A stretch of DNA of 64,000 nucleotides from Hydrolagus colliei (lineage: Eukaryota). A program made the translations under genes and the position numbers. The stretch lies in contig CM068769.1 of assembly GCA_035084275.1 (NCBI GenBank), positions 186,001 through 250,000 of the forward strand, given 5' to 3'. Positions within the stretch are counted from its first letter, which is position 1; each line of letters opens with the position of its first letter. Shown here piece by piece: positions 13,191 through 26,329 of this stretch. The notes under the pieces were generated by a model. That model had not been told where the DNA came from, searched no databases, and was given only the letters and a program-made list of their open reading frames with translations.

Positions 13191-15675
13191 CTCAGCTGCT
13201 GTACCAAGTCAGAGCGTTTGTAGCATTACTATTTATACTATTCTCGGCCAGTCCATCTCTCTGCCTAAGTGCCAATCTTTGAAATAGAAAGCAGTTGTGG
13301 AGATTTTGTTTTACTGATTTACCTAGCTGTAATTCGGAATCCTCTTATTTGTCGTTTATCCAATGGCTTCGGAGAGTACAAAATGCCTTGAAAATAATAT
13401 TAATAATTGCGTGATGGCTCATTCCACGATTGACGATGGACTTCGCTGTTCGTAATAGTCTGCAAACTTTGTCCACAAAAAACACAACAACAACAAATTG
13501 TGTATATATAGCGCCCTCCACGCCTGACGGCGTCTCAGAGCGCTTCAGATTAAAGGTACAAGCCAAGGACAGCGGGAGAAAGGTGACCAAAAGTAACACA
13601 TTCAATACTCTTGTATACTGTCAAGCGCTTGGAGCCCTCTCGATCAAGTAATCAGCTGGTATATAAAATGTCATCATTAGGACTATCATGTTGTCTATTC
13701 TGACGGACAGTAATCCTGTTTACAAGTGACATTTGTGTTAAGTATGGAGATGGTTGAGGGGATGTGAGGAGGACACAAACCCTAGTGGACATAGAAGTTT
13801 GAGATTATTTTAGATTCCTTGATGGAGAGTGAGGAGATTGCAGTTTGAGGCTTTGTGGGTGAAAGTGGTGATATTATCGATCATTCTCGAGTCAATGTAT
13901 TGCTGATAATCACAATAATCATTGCATTTCATATAGTGCTTGATGACGTACTCGAGACGCCTCCAAGCGCTTCACAGAATGCGCGTTAGAACAGAATGAC
14001 TTTGTGTTTTGGGGGTGAAACATTACGGAATTACGCACTGCAGCATCACACGGTCAGCAGCGTATTTAATTGTTATATAATATATCGTTAATGTATTTTT
14101 TCAGCAAATTATTATTTTATTTAATTTCGTTGAAATATCTATTTATTTTTGTTGACTTCTTACTTAATTATTCAGAATTGTTGTGGTTATTTTGGTTCAC
14201 TTAAACTTAGTATTAATTATTTCATGTATTTTTTCACGTATGTCTTTAAGTATATTTTTTATTTATTAGATAATGACTTTGTTCAAGCGTTTGTTGGCTA
14301 ATTCGTTTGTTCGCTTCTTTACTATTCCAAGGATAATTTCCAGTGGAAGATGACCCGCCAATCGACTAACAACCGATTTCCTTTTTACTGTTTATTTAAA
14401 GAGAGGCATGTGTCCTAAATAAACTTCCCTACGGATTCTTCCAGCCTGGTAATCAAACGCACGTCCTCTTGCGTGTGAGATGGGACCTCTCGCAATAAAA
14501 TTGGAGGATTGCACATTATTTGTTAGATGGCGGCATCTAGTTTTGGATGAGGAGAATGACAGCGTATGGTTTGAGTTGATTTAGGAAACATGCAAGTTGG
14601 TTTTCAGTTAACCATTTAACCATTGAGTGCAGGATAAGTCGTACAACATTAATATTAATATTCCGCTCACACAAACATTCTCCTCCACAACCACACCTTC
14701 TATAATGACTGATTCACCGGAGCAACTCTCCGCCTCCCACACCCTCCCATCCCGTGTCTCTCTCCCACGATCCTCCACGCCTCCCCCACCAGACCCCTAC
14801 GTAGCTCTCGTCTCCCCATAGCTCTCGACTCCCCACTTAGCTACCACACTTCCCACAGCCCACCAACCGCCCCGCCCCCCCACCCTCCACACACACCTCA
14901 ATCTCGCGCAAAGAATTTCAAACAATGACTGTCTTGCACCACTGAAGACTCAAACTTGCTCTCCGGCCTTAAGGGAGGAAAATAAATACAAGTTGTTGTA
15001 TTTGTTCGTGTCGTCAAAGACGCAATATATCGCAACATATTTTGCTGTGAAGTAACTTAAATGTGTATACATTGGGGAGCGTGACAGCCAGATAAAACTG
15101 TTCAAGTGCGGATGGGTTCCAGATGCTCTTGTGAATCGAACCAGCTAACACAACACGGTACACTTCTTGCAGCTTCCTTCACTATGGAAAGTAATCCAGG
15201 GACGCTGGGCCATCAGGGATTTTGGAGTCGAGATACAAGTTGGCAGCTCAGGTGGGGAGGAGGGCTGAGGTGGTGCGGATGGAATGGTGACTAACTCCGC
15301 GGTGAAAGGGGAGAATTACAACAATAAAATTACATTTCTCTGGCGAATTACACACTGGGCAGATGTCCCAGGTTGCTGGACAGTTAGTGTTGCGCACCAG
15401 ACTTTGGGCTCGGAATAGGGAAGGTTGAATGCCAGTGGGAGTTGGAGGTTGATTAGAAGCTCAGTCGATATAGAGTGTCTGGAGATGGGTCTTGAGGGAA
15501 GTAAGAGAGAGGGGGCGAGACAATAGGATAGCAATATGGAGCTACAAGGTTTGTGGGCGGAAAATCAGTCCACCATCAATTATTTATTTAGTTTAATGGA
15601 TCAGTTATTCGAATCTCTGCGAGGCCTCAAGGCCAAGATTCCGCACACTTTCCAACGGATGTATAAAATGAAATC

Positions 15676-15714
15676 AGTTTCTGTTGGAGCCCTGCACTGT
15701 AGTCAACTACTGTG
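15676..15714 (-). other. 23-RSS of V 15715
   Basis: CACAGTA - 23 nt - ACAGAAACT. Confidence 0.9.
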
Positions 15715-16027
15715 GTGAGACTGAATGCACAGTGGATACACTGCGCTATTAGATACCAGCAGCTCAGAGATGGATAAACTGGTGATAGAACTAGATTCCT
15801 GTAGCTGAGCAGCGATTCGATTCCCAAATCCTGTTTGTTTCACCAGATCGCCATCACCAGAATATCTCCGGACTATAAACTCTGGGTGTTTGTCTGGGTA
15901 ATGTACGTCCCAGAAGAGATAGTAATTGCTGGCAGTATTGGTGTAGGTGCATACAAGATTGGCAGCTTCTCCATCTTTCTTAACCATCGTCGGCAGCTTT
16001 CTGACTGACAGAATCGCCATCACAGAG
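15715..16027 (-). pseudogene. TRAV/TRDV: TCR alpha/delta V pseudogene (paralog of the V at 17622-17934)
   Basis: Reads ...NLVCTYTNTASNYYLFWDVHYPDKHPEFIVRRYSGDGDLVKQTGFGNRIAAQLQESSSITSLSISELLVSNSAVY. There is a 1-nt insertion near the 5' end (gcc-g-acg) and another just before the second Cys (tat-c-cac-tgt). No leader was found. Confidence 0.9.
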
Positions 16028-16569
16028 CTGTAGAATAAACCAGGTAAAGCACCGCGAAATATTATTCACCAAATTCACAGTTCATTTGTCAGCAGTAGAA
16101 CAATAGATAGGAATACGTTTTACACAGTGTGTTATAGCATCGTTGAGATGCCTTAATGCGCTGTCCAGTATATGCAATCAAGTGATATATTCTACATTTT
16201 GTCGCCAGAACATGTCAGCTAGTTGTGCACAGCTATGCCTCACAAAGACTTGTGGGATGAGTTACTAAACTATTATTGAAACATACTTAATGCACTATTA
16301 CCATCGGAAAAGATAGATATTTTTTGCCTGTCTGGAAAACAAAGATTCAAATCAAGAATATATTTTATTTGGATTATCAAAGCATGGGTTCAACCCGGTG
16401 ATAAATCCACTGCATTCCTACATACAAGATCCTAATTGTAGGATCTTGAATGGCCCTCACATTTAAAGCCCTCCACAACCTGGCACCAACCCTACATGTG
16501 TTACCTCCTATCTCTTTACTAACCTGACCTCCACCTCACTCCGCTCAGCAGGCTCTGGCCTACTCCAAG

Positions 16570-16900
16570 CAAGGGACTGTTTCCCCTGGTAGGAGAATCT
16601 ATAACCAGGGGTCAGTGTCTTAGAATTAAGGGTCAACCTTTTAGAACAGAGTTGAGGAAACATTTCTTCACTTAGAGGGTAGTGAATTGATGGAAGGCTG
16701 TAGATGCTCAGTCCTTGAACATTTGCAAGGCTGAGACTGATAGATTTTTGAAAAATAGAGGGATTGGGGGATATGGGGATAGGGCAGGTAATCAGAGTTA
16801 GGTGAGCAGATCATCCATGATCCTATTGAATAGTGGAGTAGGCTCGAGGGCTGAATGGCCTACTCCTGCTCCTAATTCTTATGTTCTTATGTTCTAACCT
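16570..16900 (+). mobile_element. CR1 LINE 3' end
   Basis: ctgtttcccctggtaggaga...ggctgaatggcctactcctgctcctaattctt atgttcttatgttc tail. Confidence 0.9.
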
Positions 16901-17582
16901 ATCCGCACTACCGTTGACGAGCGAGTCTTCAGCCACTCTGCCCCCAACATCTGAAACTCCGTCCCGCAGTCCTCCACGTCGCCCACGTCCCGGCCTCCTT
17001 GAAAATCTAGCCTCAAGGCTTTCCTCTTAGACAGCAACTGACAAGTCTCCCCTTCCAGCCCACACACCCAGTCCTCAGCATGGTTTTGAAAATGTAACTG
17101 TCCATCACCTTGCGACGCCCTGCTGACGGGAAAGGAGCTACAAAAATACAATTTTGTTATGGTTGCTGTTGTTTGTTGCACAGTTTCTATACTGAGGGAT
17201 AGATGTCTGCTTCATTTTGGAAGACGGTTGAGCTAGAGGTGAAGCTTTGGAGAGGTCTGCAGCACACTACGGAAAGTCTTGCTTGTTGCACTTTCGACTA
17301 TTGGTATAACGAAATAATAAATGGAAAGAAACACGGTGTTTGCAAGCGGACTTGGTGAATTGCATCTGGACGTGTTGCGCTCAACTCGTTCACTAATTGC
17401 TGTCTGCATTTATTGTAACGTATAATGATGTGAGAGTTTAGCTGACAAGCTGACGGGAGGGGAGCGTGGTTTCCTCTGAGTCTGGCTGCTGAAGTGTCTG
17501 CTCCCCGCAGGGCCTCAAGGCCAGACCAAGATTCTACACAAGTTTCAAACAGAAGGATAATGCCTATGTATAAAACGAAGGC

Positions 17583-17621
17583 AGTTTTTGTACGAGCCTT
17601 GCAGTGTAGCCAACCATAGTG
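17583..17621 (-). other. 23-RSS of V 17622
   Basis: CACTATG - 23 nt - ACAAAAACT. Confidence 0.88.
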
Positions 17622-17934
17622 GAAAGACTAAAGGAACAGTAATACACTGCGCTGTCAGATACCAGCAGCTCAGAGATGGATAATATGGTGGAATAATTAA
17701 ATTTCTGTAGCTGAGCAGAGAAACGGTTTCCAAATCCTGTGCCTTTGACTGGATTGCCACTCCAAGAATAGCTGAGGACTATAAACTCGGGCTGTTTGTC
17801 TGGGTAATATCTGTACCAGTAGACAATGTAACTGTTGGCAGTAGTGGAATATGTGGAAACGAAATCGACAGTATCTCCTTCTTTCTTACCCACCGTGGCA
17901 GCTTTCTGACTGACAAAATCGGCGTCACAGAGTT
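17622..17934 (-). CDS. TRAV/TRDV: TCR alpha/delta V exon, open ORF but 1st-Cys replaced by Ser
   Basis: Acceptor gtacag|AA. Reads ELCDADFVSQKAATVGKKEGDTVDFVSTYSTTANSYIVYWYRYYPDKQPEFIVLSYSWSGNPVKGTGFGNRFSAQLQKFNYSTILSISELLVSDSAVYYCSFSL. Confidence 0.92.
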
Positions 17935-18140
17935 CTGTACTAAACAAGGGAAAGCACAGCTAAACATTCACAGAATCATAGAATCTTATGGCACAAAAGA
18001 AGGCAATTCAGCCCATCGAGTCTGTGTCGGCTCTTTCAACAGAGCAGTTCAATCCCACTCGCCAGCTCTCTCTCCCCATTACTTGTTGAAATGGAGCTGA
18101 CAATCAGCAGCGACACTGAATTAGCTCAACACGACCTCAC

Positions 18141-18183
18141 CTGCCGTAAATGTTCCCAGCACTAGACTGGGAACCAGCCTCAT
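18141..18183 (-). CDS. Leader exon of V 17934
   Basis: ATG...MRLVPSLVLGTFTA G|gtgagg. It is 43 nt and phase 1, compatible with the V acceptor. Confidence 0.88.
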
Positions 18184-19006
18184 TGCTGCTCCTCAGCCGT
18201 CGCAGTTGTGTCCGTGACATCAGTTTGCTGGCAAACAACAGCAATATGCGACGGTGGCAGATCCCACAGTCCCACGTCACCTCATTGACATCTCAATTGC
18301 TTTTACATTGTGCAATATTCCATTACTGTCTGTGTTAGTGTGGCGGGTGTGAGTGGGGTGGTGGGCGTGTGGGAGATGGGGAGCATGGAATCCTCCCAAT
18401 CAGCTCCTGGTAACCTTACAATCAAACTTTACAAATATACAGTTAATTCACTTAACAGTATATATTCCGTGAAGCGCTTTGAGACGTCGATAAACTGTGA
18501 AAAGCGCTATCTTGCCTTTATAATCAAATGCAAGTATTATGCATATTATTCTAATCCAATAAATGATGGTCGTGAATTTCGGAATAGTTTACGTACACAC
18601 AATTGGATAGAACGTTTTTTGTTTCACTTCAAGTAATGTTTTGTATTAATTCAAACACTTCCTCCATCTTATAGGTTAGTGTCGGTTAGCACTTTTATTT
18701 AGACGTCTAAAAGTTGTAAAGGTACATTTTTAATCCACTCGAAGTCCTTCATTTATCCCCAGTGTTGTTTCGCACATTACTGATTTCCAGAAACAGCAGT
18801 GATATATAATATTTTTTTACATTTTTATAGTATGTTTAAATAATTCCCTACATTAAGCCACTTGACTAGCTGTGGCTCTTGTTTTATTGCATGTGGTTGG
18901 GAATTGATCATGTGATTCCTCTGAGAGACACAGCAGCAATGTCAAATAGGTCAACTGACAGGAATGACATCTGTGCTGTGATTAAACCCATTAACTCCTC
19001 TTTCTA

Positions 19007-19045
19007 GGTTTATGTACGGTGGTGTAGCCTGAAGGTGAGACTGTG
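19007..19045 (-). other. 23-RSS of V relic 19046
   Basis: CACAGTC - 23 nt - ACATAAACC. Confidence 0.88.
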
Positions 19046-19273
19046 CGAGTTATCCCACAATAGTATTTGGCTGAATCAGATAGAGCCACAGCCAACACAG
19101 TTACAGGGGATGTTTTGCTGCTCGTGTCCAAACTAGTGGTGAATAGCTCTTTAGATTTGAGCTTGCTTCGGATTCCTTTCCAGTCGGAACCTGTCAGAGT
19201 CAGCAGGGATGGCACAGTTATACTGCAGAAAATCCCCACCTTTCATTGGGACAAGCACATTGGTAATTTAGAG
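19046..19273 (-). pseudogene. Internally deleted V relic directly behind the RSS of V 19320
   Basis: The 3' half reads KELFTTSLDTSSKTSPVTVLAVALSDSAKYYCGIT. The 5' part, in another frame, reads VPMKGGDFLQYNCAI. It is about 70 nt shorter than a V exon and has stops. Confidence 0.75.
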
Positions 19274-19280
19274 CTAAGGA

Positions 19281-19319
19281 CCTTTTTGTACGAGAACGCA
19301 ATTGACTCTTATCACTGTG
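19281..19319 (-). other. 23-RSS of V 19320
   Basis: CACAGTG - 23 nt - ACAAAAAGG. Confidence 0.9.
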
Positions 19320-19638
19320 TAGCGCGCAGAGAGAGCGAAAGCACAGTGGTACACGGCAGCGTCACCCAGCTGAACATCAACGATGGTTAAAAATAACCTT
19401 TTTTCAGGTTTATTCATTTGAGAATAAAAGCGGTTCCCAACGCCCTTCCCTTTGCCATTGCTGTTTGACGTACTCCGCCACAGAACCATTTGGGGTGTTT
19501 GACCCGAGTATTGCCGGTACCAATATAAGTCATAATACCGAGATGTCGTGGAGTAGGTACAGTTAGTTTGAAATATTTGGTCCACTGTCAAGTTGACCGA
19601 GGAATAGGGTTGAGAAACTGAATCTCCACAGCTCAGGC
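19320..19638 (-). CDS. TRAV/TRDV: TCR alpha/delta V exon, apparently functional (delta-like)
   Basis: Acceptor ttccag|GC. Reads GLSCGDSVSQPYSSVNLTVDQIFQTNCTYSTTSRYYDLYWYRQYSGQTPQMVLWRSTSNSNGKGKGVGNRFYSQMNKPEKRLFLTIVDVQLGDAAVYHCAFALSAR. Both Cys and the Trp are present. Confidence 0.93.
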
Positions 19639-20249
19639 CTGGAATAAGAATATAAAACAGTGATGGTCAGTGTCTTTACCTGACATCTCGAAACACTTCA
19701 CACCATTCTTTATATCAAGTAGTTAGACTGTGCGTTGAGCAACAAACACGGCATCCCAATAGCACACACAACTCTGGAAAGATTGGCGTGTGGAGTAAGG
19801 AAAGGTAACTCATATATTGCCTTGCCGGATAGGGACCCTGCCTCTCTCATTTTCCAGGCGACCCTCCAAACACAGAGCTACAAGATAAAACTAATAAAAA
19901 CTACGCAATGAATAACGAACAATGATGATACCTACGTTCCTTTCCAGGCAGATCACAGCGAAACCTCGGGCAAATTTAACTTGCTCCACATGCCTGATAA
20001 TAATCCGTCCAAAAGAATTGCAACACCATAATAAACGTTGGTCCCTTCAATCCATACTTGCTCGTTGGACACTGCTGTGCGCAATTGGCTGCCGCGTTTC
20101 GCCCAAAAAGATACAGACAATTCACTTCAGCATATATCTGTAAAGCGCGTAGAGGCGTCGATAAGACGTGAGAAGGGCTATATCAACTGCAATTCTTATT
20201 ATTATCATAACAATGACTGAAACATCGGATATTTGCCTGAATTGGTTAC

Positions 20250-20295
20250 CTATCAGCGAAACAGCCAGCGACATCCAGATTAAAATTTCCCCCAT
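20250..20295 (-). CDS. Leader exon of V 19638
   Basis: MGEILIWMSLAVSLI G|gtaacc; 46 nt, phase 1. Confidence 0.85.
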
Positions 20296-21989
20296 CGCCT
20301 CAGCTCTATCTGAAGATGCCCAATGATCACTTGGAAGGTATTGATGGAGATTGGCTCCAGCGCTGTCATTCACGGCATCCAATGGGTAAAGTGCGGAACT
20401 TCCACGTGATCACGAAAAGTTTTCAATGTTTATTTTGCAGATGGTTAATAGGCTACAGCCAATTGATTGTAGAATCTTAGCGAATATTAGGAGGCCATAT
20501 AGAGACGGTTCATTCTGAACCGTAACAAGTCCCTGTGTGAATGAATATCTCAATGTCTACTATGTTATTATGTTGTCGATTACATGGAATCTGTGAAATA
20601 AATTAAGATGCTGTTAATGTTTAATATGTGTACGAAGTGTTGGATAGGATTAAGCAGTTTAGCAATTGACTGAAAATCATTATTCTGGAGCTCAGTGCTT
20701 AGTGAACTCGTCTTACAAACGTGAGACCTCTGGTTTCGAATCCGGGCAGCTTAGGGTCAAATTTATGAGACGTTTTCGAGGTCCACACGTCGAAAAATAA
20801 TTCACCGAAATTCTCGAAATTCTGTTTCCAAAACAACAAAGCAATTGAGAAAGATGGACATCTCAATCAGCTACATATGATGTAGTGTCATGTATTTTCA
20901 TTGCATATTTCTGCCAACTAGCAGCCAAACCTCTTTATAGTACAGTATATTATCTGGGAGACACTATAATGCACCCACATCAAAGGTGAAATACTGCAGT
21001 ATTTCCATGCCAAGGTCATCCAATCCACGACTGTTGCTAGGGACACTGATCTGCTTAATTGTCTACCGAGTTTTGCTCACAAATATACTGCAAAGCGCTT
21101 TGAGAGAAAGTCTAGATTACGTGAAAAGCTCTATGCCAAATGCAAGACTTACTATATTATAATTATTATTGGCAATTCCATTCTGGGGCCTTATTGTCAG
21201 GCTTATCAGTGCACGTTGGGGCTACAATCAGTTACATATTCAGTGAGTTCATTGTCACCAAATATACTGTAAATAAAGCTTTACTTACAAATAATCACAA
21301 GTAATGGTATGGTTTCCATCAACATCGTTTAGTCAGCGATTGCAAAGCAAAACTACATGAAACAGCTCCATTCTCGTTGGGAGGATTTCCCGTGTCGCTG
21401 GACTGATTAGGGATTTGCGCTCGAATTGCGGTTTAGGATGAGGGAGGACTTGAATGCTTGGTGGGTGGAGGAGGGATGGTCACTGTAGAGCCGGTTGCAA
21501 ACTAGGGCATAGATTAGGCATTACCGTAGGAAAGGGAATGGAGCCTTCTTGTGCCACGTTATCCATATTTATTTGCCTCCAATGTTTCTGTCAGTCTTCC
21601 TCAGCGCTCTTCACACACATATTGCGAAACCGGACACTCAGTTCCCTCTGGTAGAATGTCGCTGCTCATTTCGTGTCATTACATGTGATCCTTCAAATCC
21701 ACCCAAACAGTCATGGAACGAGTGATCAACCTTTATTTCTGTGCGGGGAATGTTAACATAGAAAACTGATCCATCGATCGATGTAGAACTGGTTTATTAC
21801 TTGCTGCGAGAGAAACAAAGGCCATGTGTGTGTGTGTGTGTTTGTGTGTGTTTGTATGTGTGTGTGTGTGTGTGTGTGTCTTTTTTTTTTTGTGTGTGTG
21901 TGTGTGTGTTGAGTAAAGAGCCTTGATCTAGTTTTCACGTGACTTGATCTGAACCTTGGTCCTCAGGTTTGCCAGGATAGTGCGGCACT

Positions 21990-22560
21990 CACTCTGTGTA
22001 ACTGAATAGCGACAACAATAACAACTTCGATTTATACAGCGCCCTCCAAGCTGGACGGCGTCTTAGAGCGCTTCACTGTAATGGATCCCTGGGGGCAGCC
22101 ATAGACTGTGAGGCAAGGGGGAGCGAAGGCACGGTCGAAAAGCAAGATCGTCAGCTGAGTCCTGAAACTAGGAACAGAGGGGAAGAGGCGAAGTGGGTGA
22201 GGACGGAAATTCCAGAGCCTCGTGTCACAGTGGCACAAGGCACGGCCGCCGGTGGTGGAGTGGAGGATTTGGGGAACAAGGGATTTACAGAACCGGAGGA
22301 GAGAAGGCAACGGGAGCTGGTTTGAGGAGAGAGGAGGACGGGGATGTAGGTGGGTGCAGACGAGTGGAGAGATTTGAAAACAAGATTGAGGATCTTGAAT
22401 TCGATCCTCTTCGTGGCAGGGAGCCAGTGAATTCCGACAAGGACTGTGGGAATGGGGGAGCGCAGTTTGGTGCGGATGAGAATACGGTCGCCAGATTATT
22501 GAATGAGTTGGATAATGTCATCCAATTTACAGCTCAATATGCTTGACAGGAATAGCATTG
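21990..22560 (-). mobile_element. L2 LINE 3' end with tail
   Basis: Minus-strand frames read L2-like ...SNSRSSILFSNL... and LRLFPSVPSFRTQLTILLFDRAF. The tail is gtgaagcgctctaagacg...ggcgctgtataaatcgaag(ttg)n. A similar copy lies at 39840-40075. Confidence 0.8.
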
Positions 22561-23511
22561 TCTCGGAAGCCGGGGTGGCTGAATATAATTTTATTGTGAC
22601 ACCCTCAGTGATTTCAGTGGCGTTGAGGTATCTAGAATTGGAGATATTGGAGAATTGGAGATATTAGGCAAACATTGATGGTGTGTTGTGGAGAGAGAAG
22701 TTTCGGTAGGTAGGGTGTTGCAGAGGCGTGGAGTGAAATAAAACAAAGGAGTATGTGTTTATGCGTGTGTAAGTGTGTGCTGAGTAAGGAGCCTTGCTTA
22801 AGTTTTCGTATGGTCCGGTCCGAACCTGAGTACTCAAGTTTGCGAGGCTATTGCTGTACCCACTGAGTAGTTGAATCTTAATAATAATAATCATCCTAGC
22901 ATTTGATATAGCGCTTTTGACATCTTATCGACAGTGTCTCAAAGCGCTTCACAGAATATACTGTAAGGTAATTGACTGTATGTTTGTGGGAGAAACGCTG
23001 CAGCCAATTGCGCACAGTAGGTTCCCCCACATACAATCGTGGTTTGAAAAGACCAATTTAATTTTGTTTTTTTTTATAGGGTTAATTATCAGGTGTGTGC
23101 GTTTGTGTGTGTGTGTGTGTGGGCGGAGGGAAGGGATACTTGCCGAATATTTTTTCCTGACCTGCCTGAATTCGAACACAGTTCCCACGCTCGTAAGGCG
23201 ATTGCCCTAACCACTGAGCCACAGGACCTCTAAACGCAACACAGGCAGGATTTACTTTTTATCATATTTACAACAGAGGTAGATCTACAGCACCTGGACC
23301 TGTAGCGTGAAACTCGTTCACTAATTGCTGCCTGCATTTACTGTGACCATTTACATTGTTGTGAACGTTTAGCAGACAAGTTGATGCTAGGTAAATGTGG
23401 TTTACACTCAGTCTGGCTACATACATGTTTGCTTCTCCCTGGGCTCCAAGGCCTCACAGAGGAACCGCATACACTTAAACAGATGGACAATGCACATGAA
23501 AGTGTGGAGGC

Positions 23512-23550
23512 AGTTTTTGTACGAGACTCGCAGTGCAGTGTGTCACTGTG
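23512..23550 (-). other. 23-RSS of V 23551
   Basis: CACAGTG - 23 nt - ACAAAAACT. Confidence 0.95.
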
Positions 23551-23873
23551 GTCATAGGCTGCGCTGCCAAAGGCACAGTGATACACGGCGCTGTCAGTCA
23601 CCAGCAGATCAGAGATGGACAAACTGGTGGAAGAATTGGAAACGTGCACATGAGCAGAGAAACGCTCCCCGAATCGTGCTCCTTTCTCTTGATTCTCACT
23701 CCCAGGGTATCTCCAAATGATAAACTGTGGCTGCTGGCCGAGGTGATGTCGGAACCAGTAAAGGTAATAAGAGTTTCTATCGGTGTTGTAAGTGCAGTGT
23801 AAAATCACATTGCCTTCTTGTTTGGCAATCGTTGTGGGAGGTTTTTGATTGACAGAGTCTCCACCACATTGTT
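23551..23873 (-). CDS. TRAV/TRDV: TCR alpha/delta V exon, apparently functional (delta-like)
   Basis: Acceptor attgtag|AA. Reads EQCGGDSVNQKPPTTIAKQEGNVILHCTYNTDRNSYYLYWFRHHLGQQPQFIIWRYPGSENQEKGARFGERFSAHVHVSNSSTSLSISDLLVTDSAVYHCAFGSAAYD. Confidence 0.95.
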
Positions 23874-24893
23874 CTACAATAAACAAAGAAGAACGCGACC
23901 AAAAAATATTCACACTTTGTCTGAAGTATGTTGTGTCTTGAGCAAATACTTACACAAGTCTTATACATGGTTCTCCTGCAGCTCCGTGGTTAGAGCACTC
24001 GCCTTACAAGCGTGAGACCAGCGTTCGAATCAATCGAGATCAGGGCGAAATCTTGGCATGTTTCCTTACTCCACACACAGACACACACACACACGCAAAC
24101 ACACCCACAAACATACCCGCGACTAAAAATCATCTCTCCAAATAAAACTACACAGCACTAAAAATAATTTGTTTCAATCTACGCTGTTTGTCGGGGTCGC
24201 TGCTGTGCGCAATTGGCTGCCGCAGCTCGCCCACAAGTATCCAGCCAATTTAATTAACAGTATACAATGTGAAGCGCTTTGAGACTTCGATAAGTTGCGA
24301 AAAGCGCTATGTGAAAGACAAAGAATATTAGCAGTAATATTATTATTATTAGTGCGGCAATATAATACTCACACTTTGCCTGATGTTGTTTGGGGGTCCC
24401 GTGGACTCCCTGCCGACGGCAAAAGCCTTACAGAACTGTGACTGTTTAATTTTCAATTAAAAGATCTGAATGTAATGACACAGCTGCACAGGGTATATTG
24501 TGATGTGAATTGCCGTGTGTCACTGTGAGCGACACCCAGCGGACAACTGCGTACATCTGCAGGCCTAGAATAAAGTACCAAATTAGTCCTTGAAATTTAT
24601 TTGAGCGGATTAATTACCCCACCCCCACTACCGAAAATAAAGACCCATTAAACTTTATAAGTCGCCAAATTATTATTGATTGGAAGCGATTCAACCGATG
24701 GTTAATGATGCTGAACAGAGGCGGGCGTGTGCTCTAAGGAAAGTCGCCCTGTACGGGAATCGAACCCAGGTCCTAGCGCTTGCAAAGCGAGAACTCCAAC
24801 CACTGAGCTACAGGACTGCCCTTCACCGCTGGTTCTTGATGAAATGGATGTGTTGATCAGGAGCGACACTGAATTAGCCAAACACGACCTCAC

Positions 24894-24939
24894 CTGCCGT
24901 AAAGGTTCCCAACACGAGACACACAGCAAACAGTCTCAT
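24894..24939 (-). CDS. Leader exon of V 23873
   Basis: MRLFAVCLVLGTFTA G|gtgagg; 46 nt. Confidence 0.9.
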
Positions 24940-25015
24940 CGTTAGTCTGTGCGTTTGTCTCTGCGATATCAGTTGGCTGACTACCCGATGTGATTGTCGA
25001 CATTCCCCACTGTGT

Positions 25016-25026
25016 CACGTCACCTC
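25016..25026 (-). promoter_or_regulatory. CRE-like V promoter element (GAGGTGACGTG); paralogs at 18273-18284, 26467-26478 and 58749-58760 (mutated)
   Basis: The motif is conserved about 80-90 nt upstream of four paralogous leader ATGs. TCR V promoters are known to carry CRE-like elements. Confidence 0.65.
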
Positions 25027-25879
25027 CGCTATCAGGGACGAGCTATGAGCGGAGTCCTGTGGATTGCTGTAACGCAGCGGTTAGAGCGCTCGTCTATCAA
25101 TCGTGAGACCTGTGTTAGAATCCAGGCAGGTCAGGGCGACACATTAGGCAAGTTGCCCTACTCCACACACACACACACATTCGAGCATAATAATATTCTG
25201 TTCAATAAATATCACAATAATAAAATTGATCATTTCAATCCACCATGTTTGTGGGGACATTGCTGTATTCAATTGGCTGCCGCGTTTCGCCCATAAATAT
25301 ACGGTTAGTTCACTTTAAAGTATATTCTATGAAGCGTTTTGCGACACAGTCTGGAAAACGTGGAAAGCGATCTGATAATAATATTTCAATTTGGTATACT
25401 GCTTTTCATATCTTACCAATGTCTCAAAGCGTTTCGCAGAACATACTGTAAAGTGATTCGACTGTATAATTGTGGGCGAAACGTGGCAGCAAATTGCGCA
25501 CAGCAGCGTCCGCACAAACATTCGTGGATTGAAATTACGCATTTTATTACTGTGTTTTTTTGGGGACGGATTATTGCTATTCCTGTGTGTAGAATAAGGA
25601 AACGTGTCTAAGGTTTCGCCCTGACCTTCCAGGATTCGAACGAAGGTCGCACGCTTTTAAGGCAAGTGCTCTAACCACTGAGCTATAGTACTCATTATAT
25701 TACCAGCGATGCTTTTTTTTTAAGGGTTTATTGTCGCCCAAAAATATACCTGCCAATCCACTGAAGAGGTTTCAATGTTAAAAAACTTATTATTATTATT
25801 ATTATTAATGATTTGGATTTGGGTTCGGGTAGTACGGATTCCAAATTTGTGGAAATTGTGATTCGCGGTCAAAAAATTA

Positions 25880-26150
25880 AAATAGTTTCAAAACGAAGCA
25901 GAGGGGAGCTGAGGATGAGTTTTTTTCCGCTCAGCGGGGTGTTAGAATTTGGAATGCATTCCCTGAAAATGTGGTGGATGCACATAACAGCTTTTAAAAA
26001 CTAGCTTTTTATTTAGGGAGAACATGTCTGTTTGGGTATGGGGGAGAGCTGGGCAGTGGGATTGAGTTGGTCTGTTCAAAGAGCCGGCACAGACTACATG
26101 GGCCGAATGGCCTCCTTTTGTGCCGTATAATTCAATGATTCTACGATTCT
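25880..26150 (+). mobile_element. CR1 LINE 3' end
   Basis: tttcaaaacgaagcagaggggagctgagg...gggccgaatggcctccttttgtgccgta and an (attctac)n tail; same subfamily as 62815-63700. Confidence 0.9.
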
Positions 26151-26329
26151 ACGATTATTGCCTCCTGGTTTCAGCTCAGAGATCAAGCAACCGCATGCCA
26201 GTTTATTGTTGGTAAACCAACCTAAATTTGCGCCCTGCCCGGGAATCGAACCCACGTTTTATCGCTTGACTCATAGAAATGGAGCTAACAAACAGCAGCA
26301 ACACTGAGATAGCTCAACATCGATCGCAC

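Noticed and set aside
15715-16100. Leaderless V as a NAR-TCR supporting V-delta
   Set aside because: The segment has several frameshifts, and no NAR-type V, D or J segment could be found upstream.
19680-19740. Candidate leader ending cag|gtaaa close to V19638
   Set aside because: There is no in-frame hydrophobic ATG-initiated leader and the intron would be only about 41 nt; a proper leader exists at 20250-20295.
24740-24815. tRNA-like cloverleaf (TGC loop) and similar heads elsewhere
   Set aside because: The anticodon and T stems are mismatched and the sequence matches the SINE head family, so it is not called a tRNA gene.
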